A DNA stretch of 61,669 nt, the filler included, from Vannella sp. (lineage: Eukaryota), in the NCBI GenBank assembly GCA_023345925.1. It is 7 parts of 7 records of this genome, joined end to end, with 100 filler letters (N's around TTAATTAATTAA, not from the genome) between each part and the next. Parts side by side here need not be neighbours in the genome. Positions count along the whole stretch, not along the records: positions 1 to 8,775 come from JAJQQN010000930.1; positions 8,876 to 21,465 come from JAJQQN010001257.1; 5 more parts are not named here. One strand, written 5' to 3'. Shown piece after piece: positions 1-11,631 of the stretch. Both the position numbers and the translations under genes were made by a program. Numbering within the stretch: the first letter of the stretch is position 1; every line of letters begins with the position of its first letter. The notes beneath the pieces are model-generated. The model was not told the origin of the DNA. It saw only the letters and a list, made by a program, of their open reading frames with translations, and made no database searches.

Positions 1-283
1 ATTTATTTTACGGTACATTTGTTCACAGATGATGAACCCGTGAGATTCTTAATGACAAACATTCTTCCCCCATGAGGAGCAGACAGCAAAGAAAAAAGGA
101 ATCCTCATTGCAAAATGCAGACGAATGACTTCTCAACAAACTCACGGGCGTTTTGCCACAAGCACCTCCTTGTAGCAAAACGCCCGTGGGTTTCCTCGGC
201 CAATCACAGAACCAATCGGCGTTCACGGGAGCCTTAAACAGGGATTGCCAGAAGCCTAAAATTTTCACTCTCTGCTAACCCTC

Positions 284-1444
284 ATGAAATGGCTGCTGTT
301 GGCGTTGTTTGGGTGCTTCTTTCTTGGAGTGCATGGTGCCATTAACACTCTAGACAACTTTCCGGTAACCGAAGTTCTTTTCCAAGTGCAACGCGCTGCC
401 TCCCCAATCCTCAACACTTACGTCTACAACTCTTCGTCTGTGTTCAATTCCAACTGCTCATCCCCTATGGGGTGTGGTCGCGACATATCTGTCTATGTGT
501 AAGATACATTTCCGGAGTTCTTCCTAACCTGTGAAACCTCAGACTCGAAACTCTCCTTCGCCTTCCGAGACGTCGACAATCTGGGAGTTCAAACCACATG
601 GACTAAAGTACTCCTGCAGTACGACGGAAGGGACAACTCAACGAATCTGGACCTGAGTGGAACCGACCTCTCTCTCCAGCTGAAATCCCCCGAGTCAGAT
701 TTCCTCTTCCAGGTTAAAGTCACCGGAATCACAAGTACTATTGTCCCTCCTAGTGTCGTGTTACTACTTCATTCACCTGATAACTCTCAAGGAGCGAGAG
801 TGTGCGACGGTACTGGTTTTGTTTCATTTCCATACAATTCTCCTCCCTTTGGTGTGGAATTATCCCTCTATCGGACAGGTTTGAATAGCTTGGATTGCGA
901 TTTCTCTAACATTGTCGCCGTCGAGGTGATCATTGAAGGAAGCTTTGCTGCAACCCTGTCTATCGAAACACTGTTTCTGGATGCTGATCCTCGCTCTGTG
1001 TCGCCGTCACCGACCACAACTACTACACCATCAGCGACTCCTTCGACCAGCCCGTCACCAACCACAACTGATTCACCCTCGACCAGCCTGTCACCAACCA
1101 CAACTGCTACGCCCTCGACTTCTCCGTCTTTCACTCCTTCGATCAGCCTGTCCCCATCTTTCGTTTGTCCTCCTGCCACCTACAACGTGGCAGGCCAATG
1201 CTCTCCCTGCTCCTCCACTTGTGCAACATGCTCCGGACCAGGTGCAGATAGATGTACTTCATGCACGTGGCCTCTCCTCTCAGAACAATCGTTCTGTCTC
1301 CCGTGGTGCGGAATGGGCTACTTCCAAGCTGGCGGCTCTTGCATTCTCTGCGATACCCACTGCAAGAGTTGCACTGGGCCGTTAGCTACCGAATGCACCA
1401 GCTGCTATCATAACCGAAGGCTAGAAGCTTCTCAATGCGTGTGA
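284..1444 (+). CDS. Secreted protein: N-terminal domain, S/T/P mucin-like linker and furin-like Cys-rich repeats; in-frame TAA at 500-502
   Basis: Signal peptide MKWLLLALFGCFFLGVHGA. ORFs 284-502 and 758-1444 share a frame that is open after the TAA (DTFPEFFLTC...LQYDGRDNS). (SPSPTTT)n linker, then CxxCxxxCxxCxGP repeats. Confidence 0.7.
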
Positions 1445-1891
1445 AGTCGCCCCCTTGCTTCCTCTTTCGCCTGTTCCCCCTTCTGGACATAAAAGTGTCC
1501 TGTTTTGAGACGAGGGGAATTGAGACAGTCTTGGGTCATTTAAATCTTCGCTTTTATTGAAACGAAGGTCATCCAACAGAAGGTGGAAGGAAGCCATCCC
1601 CATCCTCGGGTTCTCTGGCTTGTCGTTGAATGTGGTGGTAGAAACCTTTGAACTAGATGTGAGTAGATCAGTTAACTGGTAGGGCACTTCTGGCTGGATC
1701 AATCAGACTAAGAGTACTATTGACTCCACATGCACACGATCTCTCCTCCTATAACACACCGTTTATAACAACACTAGCACGTAGTGATCACTACGCCTCC
1801 ATATGAATCACTCACTATAGCTACACCTCCATGTCAAAGTAGCTGGAAGCGATGGGGATGAACATCCGCTCTGTGGGATTCAGAGAAGAAC

Positions 1892-2705
1892 CTACCCATC
1901 TGAATCGGCCATACTCTCCATCTCAAAGTCCTCGTTCTCACTGTCAAAGTCCATTCCCTTACGCTTGGCAGCTCCGGAGAAGAACAAGACGCGCTTCAGG
2001 GACTTGTTGTAGAAGAAGTAATGAAAGGTCCACCTGGTTCGTTCCATCAACTCACATGAGCACAGGGTCCCTTCTCTCTTGCAACACCACTTACAGAGCT
2101 CCTGAACGTGGGTCTTGTTCGCTTGTGGGACAGAAACGATAGATTGTGCAATCTTCAAACTTGACATTCTGCTGCATCGTGTCCCACACGCCCTTCTGAA
2201 GGCCAGCCTCGAAGAACCGTGGAAAGGACGCAGATAAGAGAGAGTTGATGGTGGAGAAGACCACGCCAAAGTGAGGCTCCTTAAGGAAGTCGCTCCCCCG
2301 CACCTCGCTACCACAAGGGTCAGGCGACAGCCATGGCTGACACAATGGCGAACCTAAAGTCGTGGTAGGGAAAGACATGCTGGAGCGTCGTCACCAGGGA
2401 TATCATCACTTTCCGACTGGAACTGTCTGTGAGAGGACCGAAAGGGGAGACAGCCAGATGAGTGGGCGAGAGTGCAAACTCTCCATAGGTTCTGTTAAGT
2501 TCGTGGTAGGTCTGCTTATCATCTCCTGCAAGCTTCTCTGTACCACACAGTAAAGAATCAGAGCTCCGACACTGCAAACATCCACCAGTGGAGAGCACTC
2601 ACGCGAAAACAGGTCCGCAGTCACCACTAGGCGAGACTCTGCATTCTCTAGTCCATTCAACTGCGTCACCCACTCCTCAAGCTCTGGCAAGTCAAAGTAC
2701 TTCAT
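1892..2705 (-). CDS. MAF1: RNA polymerase III repressor Maf1 (multi-exon)
   Basis: MKYFDLPEL N-terminus, SPFGPLTDSSSRKVMISLVTTLQHVFPYHDF, WTFHYFFYNKSLKRVLFF and an acidic tail. Confidence 0.9.
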
Positions 2706-2834
2706 CAAGCCAACCCACCAACGGCCAGACAGTAATAATGGGCTTCTTCTAATATCCCGAGAATAATTAATAAATTTACATCAGATTATGATATTGATCG
2801 AAACTGCGAGTCATTCTATCGTCTCTCGGTAGCG

Positions 2835-3805
2835 ATGATGCGCTCTGCCATGGCCCAGGTGCGTGGGATCGTGGTTGATGGGGTGTAGTATTGATGATAT
2901 GGATAGAGGTTCAACACTGGATTATATGTGTTGGCTGGAGCAGCTGCCGCGACTGGTGTTGCGTATTTGTCTTCTCCTGATTTTTCTGCAAATGATGCGC
3001 TTCACTCACCCCATTATCCTTGGGCACACAAGAACCTCTTCACCACCTTTGACCACATGTCGTAAGTGTCTTGTTCCCTGATTTTTCTTGATTTTCCCCC
3101 CCTCTCGATCGCTATGGTGGCTCATGCCGGCTCGTTTGCAGGATCCGTCGTGGTTACACCGTATACAAAAACGTGTGTTCTTCTTGCCACAGTCTCCGCC
3201 ACGTCTACTGGCGCCATCTTGTTGGTGTAGTTGGTACCGAGGAAGAGGTCAAGACCTGGGCTGCGGAACACACCTACCTTGATGGTCCCGATAGCACTGG
3301 AGAAATGTTCGATCGCCCTGGTGTTCTCACTGATCGCATGCCTATGACCTACCCCAACGAGGAGGCTGCCCGTGCAGCTAACGGAGGTGCTTACCCTCCT
3401 GAGCTCTCGCTGATGAAGAAGGCCCGTCCTGATGGAGAGGACTATCTCTTCGCTTTGCTGACTGGCTACCGAGATGCACCAACTGGTGTGTCCATTCGAG
3501 AAGGTCTTCATTACAACCCCTACTTCCCTGGTGGCGCTCTGGCTATGGCTCAGGCCCTTTATGATGACATGGTCGATTATGAAGATGGCACCCCCGCCAC
3601 CATCTCTCAGATGGCCAAGGACGTGAGCACTTTCCTCTGCTGGACTGCCGAGCCAGAGCACGACGCTCGCAAGAAGCTGGGCTGGAAAGCCATTCTTCTG
3701 ATCTCGCTGATGATCGTCCCCACTCTCTACTGGAAGCGCTTCAAGTGGGCGGTTGTCCACACTCGCCAAGTCAAGTTTGCTGAGCTCCCCAAACGTTTCT
3801 ACTGA
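2835..3805 (+). CDS. CYC1: Mitochondrial cytochrome c1 (multi-exon)
   Basis: Heme motif CSSCH, ANGGAYPPELSL, YNPYFPGGALAM, C-terminal TM helix. ATG at 2835 with short introns. Confidence 0.97.
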
Positions 3806-3959
3806 GCCACAGACACCGACTTTCTCCTCTTCCACCAGCTCCGCAACCAACGACAATAAAAGGGTAACTACGCTCTTTCTATCCGCTGGGCAGGTGAAAG
3901 GGGATCGGATCATCCCTCCGTTTCGAGATGGTTTGTGTGTCCCAGAGTTGTTTCTTTTG

Positions 3960-4210
3960 TCCAATGAATGGTGTGGACAGAGAGGCGTTTCCTTTGTTCA
4001 CTTGTTGATGGTGGCGGCGTTGGATCGTCAACCTCACTGACTTGTAAGTCTGCACTCACTCGGTTGCGCATCTCATTCTGGATCAGAACTTTGGGTAACA
4101 ACGAGATCACTGGAACTCTTCCAGAGTGGACTACACTCCTGGGAAGTGTCTTGAGTGATAACCTGATCACCGGGCAATTGCCAGAATGGAGAGACCAGGA
4201 CTGGTAAGTA
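3960..4210 (+). pseudogene. Degenerate extracellular LRR fragment
   Basis: NEWCGQRGVS cap-like piece, then LGNNEITGTLPEW and LSDNLITGQLPEW repeats in a different frame. No start codon or signal peptide found. Confidence 0.45.
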
Positions 4211-4900
4211 CAGCACGAATCTTGCAGGAACCAAACATCTCTGTGGGACTTTGCCGCATCACAGGGCCGATGAATTCATCTTTACAAAAAAGTGTTCGAT
4301 TGTACCCATCGGCTACAAAAAGAGCGGAGCTAGACGGTATCGCATCGCCCATTGTCTCAATAGAACATCGGACGGAATGGATTTGAGTTTGATAAATCAG
4401 TTTCATGTCTTTGATAGCATCTCGAGGCTCTGCTTCGCGTTCTTCTTTGGAGCCGGTAGACTGCCGTGGAAGTGAAAGGAAATGTTCCCTAACACTCTCG
4501 ACCCAGCTCTCATCTATACTACCCACTTGCAAGAATGTGCCTACCACGCAACCAGAGCTTATCCTTTCCCCACGTACAAGACCATTCACAAAGCTCTGCT
4601 ATGCAGGATAAAGTTACAGGATCGCGTTCTCCAGACCTTTTGGCCCTCATTCGCGCCTCTGACTCGGTGGAGGGCCTCTGATTGAAGGCCTCGGCAAAGT
4701 GCCATCCTCAGGCCTCTTAGGTTGGCTTGTGGGGGCTTGCCACACCCCTTCTATCTCACTTGATGCGCGAACAAGATATCCTGTATTATATCCTGTCAAA
4801 GGCGGAAGAAAAGCGCGAGAATCTCAGTTCTGAGATTTGTGGTGAACTTCGAGCTGCAGGGGAAATGGGCATTAATTCTGAAGCATTCATTTGGTGGAAG

Positions 4901-6599
4901 ATGAGCGGGTTGGACGTGGACGCGCTGTTGGGGGCCGTGTATCAGACAGACGAACAGAAAGCAGCAACACTGAAGGTGGGAGTGTTGGTGTGATGAGAGA
5001 GCCTCCCACTAAGGTTCTCTTTGGAAGGCCGATGCGGAACGGGAGGCCGAGAAGAAGAGCAACGCACGGGAAAATGAGGTGACTAGCAGCCGCAAGCGAG
5101 ACGGAGAAAGAGCGGACTCTCAGGGTCGCCTCACTCCAGAGCGAAGAAGCAGCCATCGTTCATCCACGGATCGCCGCCGCTCCCGCTCGCCCGAACCTTA
5201 CAGACGAAGCTCCCGTAAGAGGCGCTCGCGTTCTCCTTCTCCTCCAAGGAGACGCTATCGTAGTCCCCGTCGCCGACGACCAGAGCGAGTTCCAAAGGAG
5301 TTGTCGCCAGGTCTGACATCCTCCTTGCTCCCCAGCTCTCAGACTGACCAACCACTTGCACAGAGTCTCAATCAGAACAAGACTCTCGTACTGTCTTCGT
5401 CTCTGGGCTTCCCACAACAGCCCAAGAGCGTGACCTTCTCCCTTTCTTCGAACAAGCGGGGCCTGTCAAGGTCATCACGTTGATCTCTGACCGTAACTCA
5501 CGTCGTAACAAAGGGTAAGCACACTCTACCTCCCTTCTATGCTTGCTATGGCCTAACGTGCGGGCTTCAGGATCGGCTACATTCAGTACAGGAAGGCCTC
5601 CAGTGTTCCTTCAGCCTTGGGGCTGAGTGGTAGCAAGTTCAAGATGTACACGATCCTCGTACAAGCTACTCAGGCGGAGAAGAATCATACTGCCCCTGCG
5701 TGAGTGTTTGTGGGTCCTAGTGATTGGTCTGACGATTGGGGAGCAGAACCACCATCTCTCAAACGTCCTTCAAGATCTCTGTGTCTGGAATAGACCCCCG
5801 TGTGTCTGAGGAGGATCTAGAGTACTTCTTTGAGCAGATTGGAGAGGTGCGGAAGGTCCTCATCACGGAAGAGCAGGACCAGGAGGGGTTCTTGCAGGCG
5901 TCTGTGACGTACAACACTCCCGAGGACGCTAAGATGGCCTATGACCTATGCAATGGCTTCAAGATCCTGGGCCTTCCGATGTCCGTGCAACCATGCCGAA
6001 CGGGCTACGGCGCCCCTCGCAGCGGGGGACACTATGCTGGAGACTACAGCTCTGATGGGCGTCTGGACCTGGATGGTCCAGACGGAGAAGGAATCCGAAT
6101 GGACAACGCCACTCGGTTAGCCCTAATGGCCCGACTGAGCCAACGCCCAGTCGATGTCAACCGCCCTATCTTTGAAGGTAAGATCCACGCGCTTCCTTTG
6201 ATCTCCAGACTCAAGTGAAGGGTAGTGGCAACCCCAATCTTGCCTGTGCCGCCCCCTGCTGCCGTTGCTCGCCCTCCTCCAGCGGCTGTCCCGACTGAGT
6301 TTGTCGTAATACGGAACATGTTCGATCCTGAAGAGCGAAACGAGGACCCAGAGGTCTTTGACGATGTAATGGAGGCAGTCGCAGAAGAATGTGGCAAGTT
6401 CGGGAAGATCAAAGCCATTTTCGTCGACAAAGTCTCTCCTGACGGACTTGTTTTCATCCATTGGGACGCCACCAAGGCTGCTGAACAGACCAAGGGGCTA
6501 CTGCACGACCGCTGGTATGCAGGCAAACAACTAGGCGTTGAATTCCTTCCGGCAAGCCTCTTCCACGAGCGAAAGAGCGAATGCGCTAATCAAAAATAA
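4901..6599 (+). CDS. RBM39: RBM39/CAPER-type splicing factor (RS domain, 2 RRMs, UHM)
   Basis: MSGLDVDALLGAVY start, RS-rich tract, RRM1 (RTVFVSGL...RNSRRNKG), linker RLALMARL, UHM NMFDPEE...VAEECGKFG. Confidence 0.9.
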
Positions 6600-6627
6600 A
6601 CCCTAGCAAGGTTTCACTAAACCCTAA
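6598..6627 (+). promoter_or_regulatory. Two telo-box motifs (AAACCCTA) upstream of LSG1
   Basis: AAACCCTA at 6598-6605 and AAACCCTAA at 6619-6627. Confidence 0.55.
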
Positions 6628-6720
6628 GCAATTCCCAGACCCTGACTTTATCAAGCATCAAATGATTAACAATTTAATGCTCGACCTTTTGAAATGGACG
6701 ATCATTATTTTGGTAACTCC

Positions 6721-8570
6721 ATGTCGAAGCAGAAGACGACAAGGGTGGGAAAGGCTTCGAACCTTGGACGGGCCTTAACCAAGGCTCCCAAGAAGGCAAA
6801 GCAAGCAAGATCCACTGTAAGAAGAGGAGCAGAGCTCGCTGGAATGCTACCAAAGTGATCAACAGGGAGTAACATGGGCCCTTTTAGTTGCACAGCTTAG
6901 ACGACTACGTGGAGACCCGGAACCTTCAATCAGTGACAGAAAGCAACGATCTTGAAGAGTTCCTGAACAGCTGCGTGATTGCGGACACCAACTTCGAGGC
7001 AGAGAAGGAACAAGTCGTTATCTTGGACAAGAACGCCTTCCAAGTGAAGAACATTGAAGCTACACCAGAGCAAGTCTCAGAACAACTCACCAACCTGCAC
7101 CATCTGGCCGTACCACGCCGGCCTCCATGGACAATGGAGACCACAGCGAGGGAACTCGACGAGAACGAGAGAGTGTCCTTCCTGGAGTGGCGAAGGAACC
7201 TGGTAGAGTATGCACCATAGTGGGGTGTGTGGACAGCGACGTATTGACGAACGATCAGGGTCGAAAAGAACGAGCATTTGGTTCTCACTCCTTTCGAGAA
7301 GAACTTGGAGGTGTGGAGACAGCTGTGGCGCGTAGTTGAGCGTAGCGACATTGTAGTACAAATTGTGGACTCTCGTAACCCACTCCTGTTCTTCTCTAGT
7401 GACCTGATCAAGTACGTGGAGGAAGTGGACTCCTCTAAGAGGAACGTTTTGCTCCTCAACAAAGCTGATCTGCTCACCCGCACACAACGCAAGCAATGGG
7501 CCAACTACTTCAACAAGAACGGCATCAAGTTCCGCTTCTTCTCAGCGTACAACGAGAGAATGTCCCTCGAGGAGGAGCAGAAGGCTGCCAAGCTTGCAGA
7601 GGGCGATGTTGAGGAAGAGAAAGAGGCCCCAAAGAAGCCAAAGATGCCACCACGAGTAGAAGAAGCTGACGAGGAAGCAGACAACGATCCCGACATCGCG
7701 ATTATGAACTCCGAGGATCTCATGGACTACCTCAACGCTCAGAGTGCTGGCGCTAGCGAGAGACTCACAGTAGGGATGGTGGGATACCCCAACGTAGGAA
7801 AGAGCTCTACCATCAACGTGCTCTGCAAGCAGAAGAAAGTAGCGGAGTCTGCCACTCCGGGAAAGACCAAACACTTCCAAACGATCATCTTGAACGATCA
7901 GCTGTGTCTTTGTGACTGTCCCGGACTTGTCTTCCCCTCTTTCATTGCCACCAAAGCGGACATGGTCTGCAATGGACTCCTTCCGATCGATCAGATGCGT
8001 GATCACGTGAATCCGGTTGGTTTAGTGTGCCTGCGGATCCCGCGGCGAGTGTTTGAACAGATGTACGGCTTAGCATTGCCAGACGCCAGTGATTTTGAAG
8101 ACGCCAACCGCCCTCCTACTCCCCACGAGCTCATGCAAGCGTATGGGCGTGCTCGCGGGTTCATGGCGTCGCATGGACAACCGGATGAGCCTCGTTCAGC
8201 CCGCTATATCTTAAAGGATTACGTGACTGGACGGCTCTTGTATGCGCATCCCCCGCCCGCCACTGATCCTTATGAATTCAACGCGGAGAACTACGCGAAC
8301 ATTCCTCTCCGGGAGCTGCACCAAAACGACACTGTTTCTGGAAGTGAGTTTCCCCTTCCCGCTTTACTCTTTTGTGGAACTGATTCGGGAGTAGCGTTGG
8401 TTCAGATGCAAGCGCCTCGCAAACCTCCTCCAGGTGTGAAGATTTATCAGGGAAAGCGCAAAGTGAAGCGCAACCATCAGGGCGAGGGGCAAGAGAGCGT
8501 CATAATGAAGACCAAAGGGCTGAAATCTGTGCCTTATGGACAAAAGCTTCCCACAAGCATCCGTTTGTAG
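6721..8570 (+). CDS. LSG1: Large-subunit GTPase 1 (60S maturation, circularly permuted GTPase)
   Basis: TPFEKNLEVWRQLWRVVERSD, NKADL, GYPNVGKSS, TPGKTKHFQT, DCPGLVFP. Confidence 0.96.
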
Positions 8571-8775
8571 AAATCCGATTTCACTAAAAAGAGTATTCTT
8601 CAGGTAACCTTTCGATTCTTTGGTTGGGGAATCAGACTTTCATTATGCCCAAGCTGTGAGAGAAGTCACGAGCGGCGAGGGCATTTCTCCTTGTTTGGGT
8701 CCTCAAACATCCAAAAAGTGAAAAAATGAAATCAGTCCAAAAGCTTATCCTGAAGAGATGGAGGTCATCAGGGCA

Positions 8776-8875
8776 NNNNNNNNNNNNNNNNNNNNNNNNN
8801 NNNNNNNNNNNNNNNNNNNTTAATTAATTAANNNNNNNNNNNNNNNNNNNNNNNNNNNNNNNNNNNNNNNNNNNN
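8776..8875. other. Artificial contig linker
   Basis: N44-TTAATTAATTAA-N44 (stops in all six frames), repeated identically six times in the window. Confidence 0.98.
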
Positions 8876-9988
8876 AAGCAATCCAAAGTGATCAGAAGGC
8901 CATATCTCGGGTAAATCGTCGATGGGCTCAGTTCCTTCAAGCTGAATGCTTTCTGGAATCCATTGAAGCTCATTGGAAACGCCTTCTTGGCTGATTAACA
9001 CCCGATCAATGCGTACTTGCTTGTGTTCGCGCTTCTGATTGAAGTGCATTCTATTGATTGCAGTGTCTTCCGTCCAACCCGGATCCTCCCCTCGTACTTC
9101 TGGCCAAACGTCTTTGAAGTCTTTCGGAATGTTTCCGTTTTCGGTTGCATTTGTGCTACAGAAGTTAAAGTCACCTACCAAGAGAGATGTGTGGCCCAGT
9201 TCCCGCAGTTTCTTTGTGGATAGTCTTGGAGAAGTGAGTGAACCGTTATTCTTGATACCAGTTTTAACATCACTTACTCCAACTGATCGGCTCTGGCCTT
9301 CACCTCAGCTTCCGGGCTCTCGAGATGGACACTTCCAACATTGACCTTTTGGGAGATTAATCTCGATGCCTAGCTCCACTGGGGGGGTGGGCTAGGGACT
9401 TACAATGGAGCCAAAGTCAAATGAGATGCTCACAATTGCGAGCCTGCGACCGTATCGAGAGGGGAGATGGTACAATCGGAGCAGGTGAGTCGAATGGACC
9501 TTTTTCCACAAAAGGAGCACTCCGTAGGTTTCCAAAGTGCCCTGATTCCCATCCTCCGAAGAGAAGTAGTTCTCTTGTACGTATGGATCTCGTTGGATCT
9601 GCCAAATGAACTCAACAGTGACTTCTTGAAGACAAATGAAGTCAGGAGACGCTGTTTCGATCCTCGAGATAATGGCGCGGTACCGTGCTTCAGCTTCCAG
9701 TTTACCAAACCAAACATTCCAAGTCAACAAAGTGAAGCTGGCTGCTCCCTTCCTCTCAGTAAGTTGGGGAGGAATCTGACTCGACACAGAGCCGGGCACC
9801 CACTCGCCCCCCTCAAAAGCGAATGGGACGAGATCTCTGAACTCTCGAGGAACTTGAGGTTGTTCTCTTTGCTCTACACCTTCTGAAGCTCTCCCACTGT
9901 CACCAAAGAGCGCCTGGCGAACAGCAGCCAACCCCCTCCGGACCTGTCCCGCCATCAAATGGTCGAATTTGTCCAAAAGGCTTCTCAT
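8876..9988 (-). CDS. TDP2-like endonuclease/exonuclease/phosphatase; 3' end cut by contig edge
   Basis: TWNVWF, DFICLQEV, HLES, GDFNF, RIDRV and SDHFGL motifs. Confidence 0.88.
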
Positions 9989-10035
9989 TGATGAAAAAGA
10001 ACTTTCATTCCATCATTTGCTCGTTTCCGTTTGTG

Positions 10036-11526
10036 ATGAGCAGCGTCCCTTCTATTTCTTACCCTTTGGATGTGGTTGCTTTGGTGCAAGGATGGTTGGT
10101 AGAAGAACCGGTATGTCGGAATGGTGGAAGAGAGAGGTCTTGTGAGGCTGACGGAGCTGGTAGAGCTTGAAGTTGTTCATTGGCGTTGATATTGGAGGAA
10201 CCAACACCCGTGTAGCTTTAGGGAACGGGTGGACCTTTGAAGTCATTGCTAACTTCAAGAGTGACAGCACTCGTGTGGTGGTGGCTGGTCTAGAAGCGAT
10301 CGCTCTCAAGTTGGAGGGCTCGTTCGACACCACACTCATCAGAGCTGCCTGTATGGATGCTGCAGGGCGTGTCACTGGGCTAGGTACTCAAGTGGAGGTC
10401 ACCAACTATCGTGAGGGACCAGAACACCGCAATCTGACCCTGAACGAGCTTCCTGCTTCCTTATTCCCGCGGGGACACAGCCGCATCATTAACGACTTGG
10501 AGAGTGCCTGCTACGGTATCTCTGGGCTGAATGGGAGAGGCAAGATCAACGACTTCTTCAAGATCCTTCTTGGCCCTAAGGATGACGGCAAAGACTCTCT
10601 CCTTCACTTTGAGCACTGTCTGTGGTCTCCACCCTTTCCTGTATGGTCACTGGCTCACTCCACTCTATTCAGATCTTGTCATTGCTGTAGGGACTGGAAT
10701 GGGAGTCGGTCTGCTGATGGCACTGCCAGAGCAAGATGACTTTGTCGTCCTCCCTCTTGAAGGTGGCCACGTCTTACTCAACAACTCCTCTCTGAACAGC
10801 GAGAACAGAGAAGAAGAGAGAGAGATGCTCGAGTTTATGAGCAAGGCCACGTAAGGGCCCTACACCTGAGTGAACCCCTTCTCACCAGTCTCAGGTCCCG
10901 AGGAGACCTTGCGCTCGAGTACGAAGATCTTGTGAGCGGGCGTGGATTGGAAGCTCTTTATCAGTTCTTTGCTCAGAATGCTGATGAGTCTACTCCCAAG
11001 CAGCTCCCCGCTGAATCAGGTACGATACCACGGGGGAAAGCTCCTTCCGAGGTTGATTTGTGGTGTAGTGAGCAACCTGGCACTTCAAGGGAACCCCATC
11101 GCAGAGAAAGCACTTCTTTACCACTACATCTTCCTTGCTCGGGGAACAGCGAACCTGGCTGTATGCACAGGAGCCCAAGGCATCTTCTGGGCAGGGAGCA
11201 ACCAGATCAGTAACGGACAGTTCGTGGACCGCAACGCCAAAGCACTTGAGCAAGAGATGCTTAGCCACCCAAAGAAAGACTGGCTCAAGCCCTTGCCCAT
11301 CTACGCTCAGACACAGGAGTTCAACGTCAACCTCGAAGGGACCATCACCGTCAGCCGCAACCTGGCCAAGAACCTGCCCGCCACCCCGCGTCACCACTTC
11401 GTCGAGGGCACTTCCGCCTGCATTCCCGCCTCTCCATCCTCCCCCTGGACCACACCCCAAGCCATCACCGTGGGCTTGCTTGTCGCCCTAGTCGGCATCA
11501 CCCTTTGGACGAAGCAGAACAAATAA
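10036..11526 (+). CDS. Glucokinase (Glk family) with C-terminal hydrophobic helix (multi-exon)
   Basis: GVDIGGTNTRV, IINDLESACYG, AVGTGMGVG, PLEGGH, EYEDLVSGRGL. Ends AITVGLLVALVGITLWTKQNK. Confidence 0.88.
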
Positions 11527-11631
11527 CGAAATTTATTACGCCACCAAGCACATAAATTTTCGTTGCCAATGGAACATTTAAACCTGATTTGGACATTTCT
11601 TGTCCATTCATTTGCTGGTGTCCGGTTGGGG

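Noticed and set aside
500..502. Alternative genetic code (TAA read as sense)
   Set aside because: TAA, TAG and TGA all terminate conserved genes here (Rac TAA, LSG1 TAG, CYC1 TGA), and other in-frame stops are explained by introns.
1000..1160. Tandem repeats as a DNA-level element
   Set aside because: They encode the S/P/T mucin-like linker of the secreted protein.
8776..8875. Palindromic TTAATTAATTAA flanked by Ns, six copies
   Set aside because: Identical 100-nt artificial contig spacers. Gene adjacency across them is meaningless.
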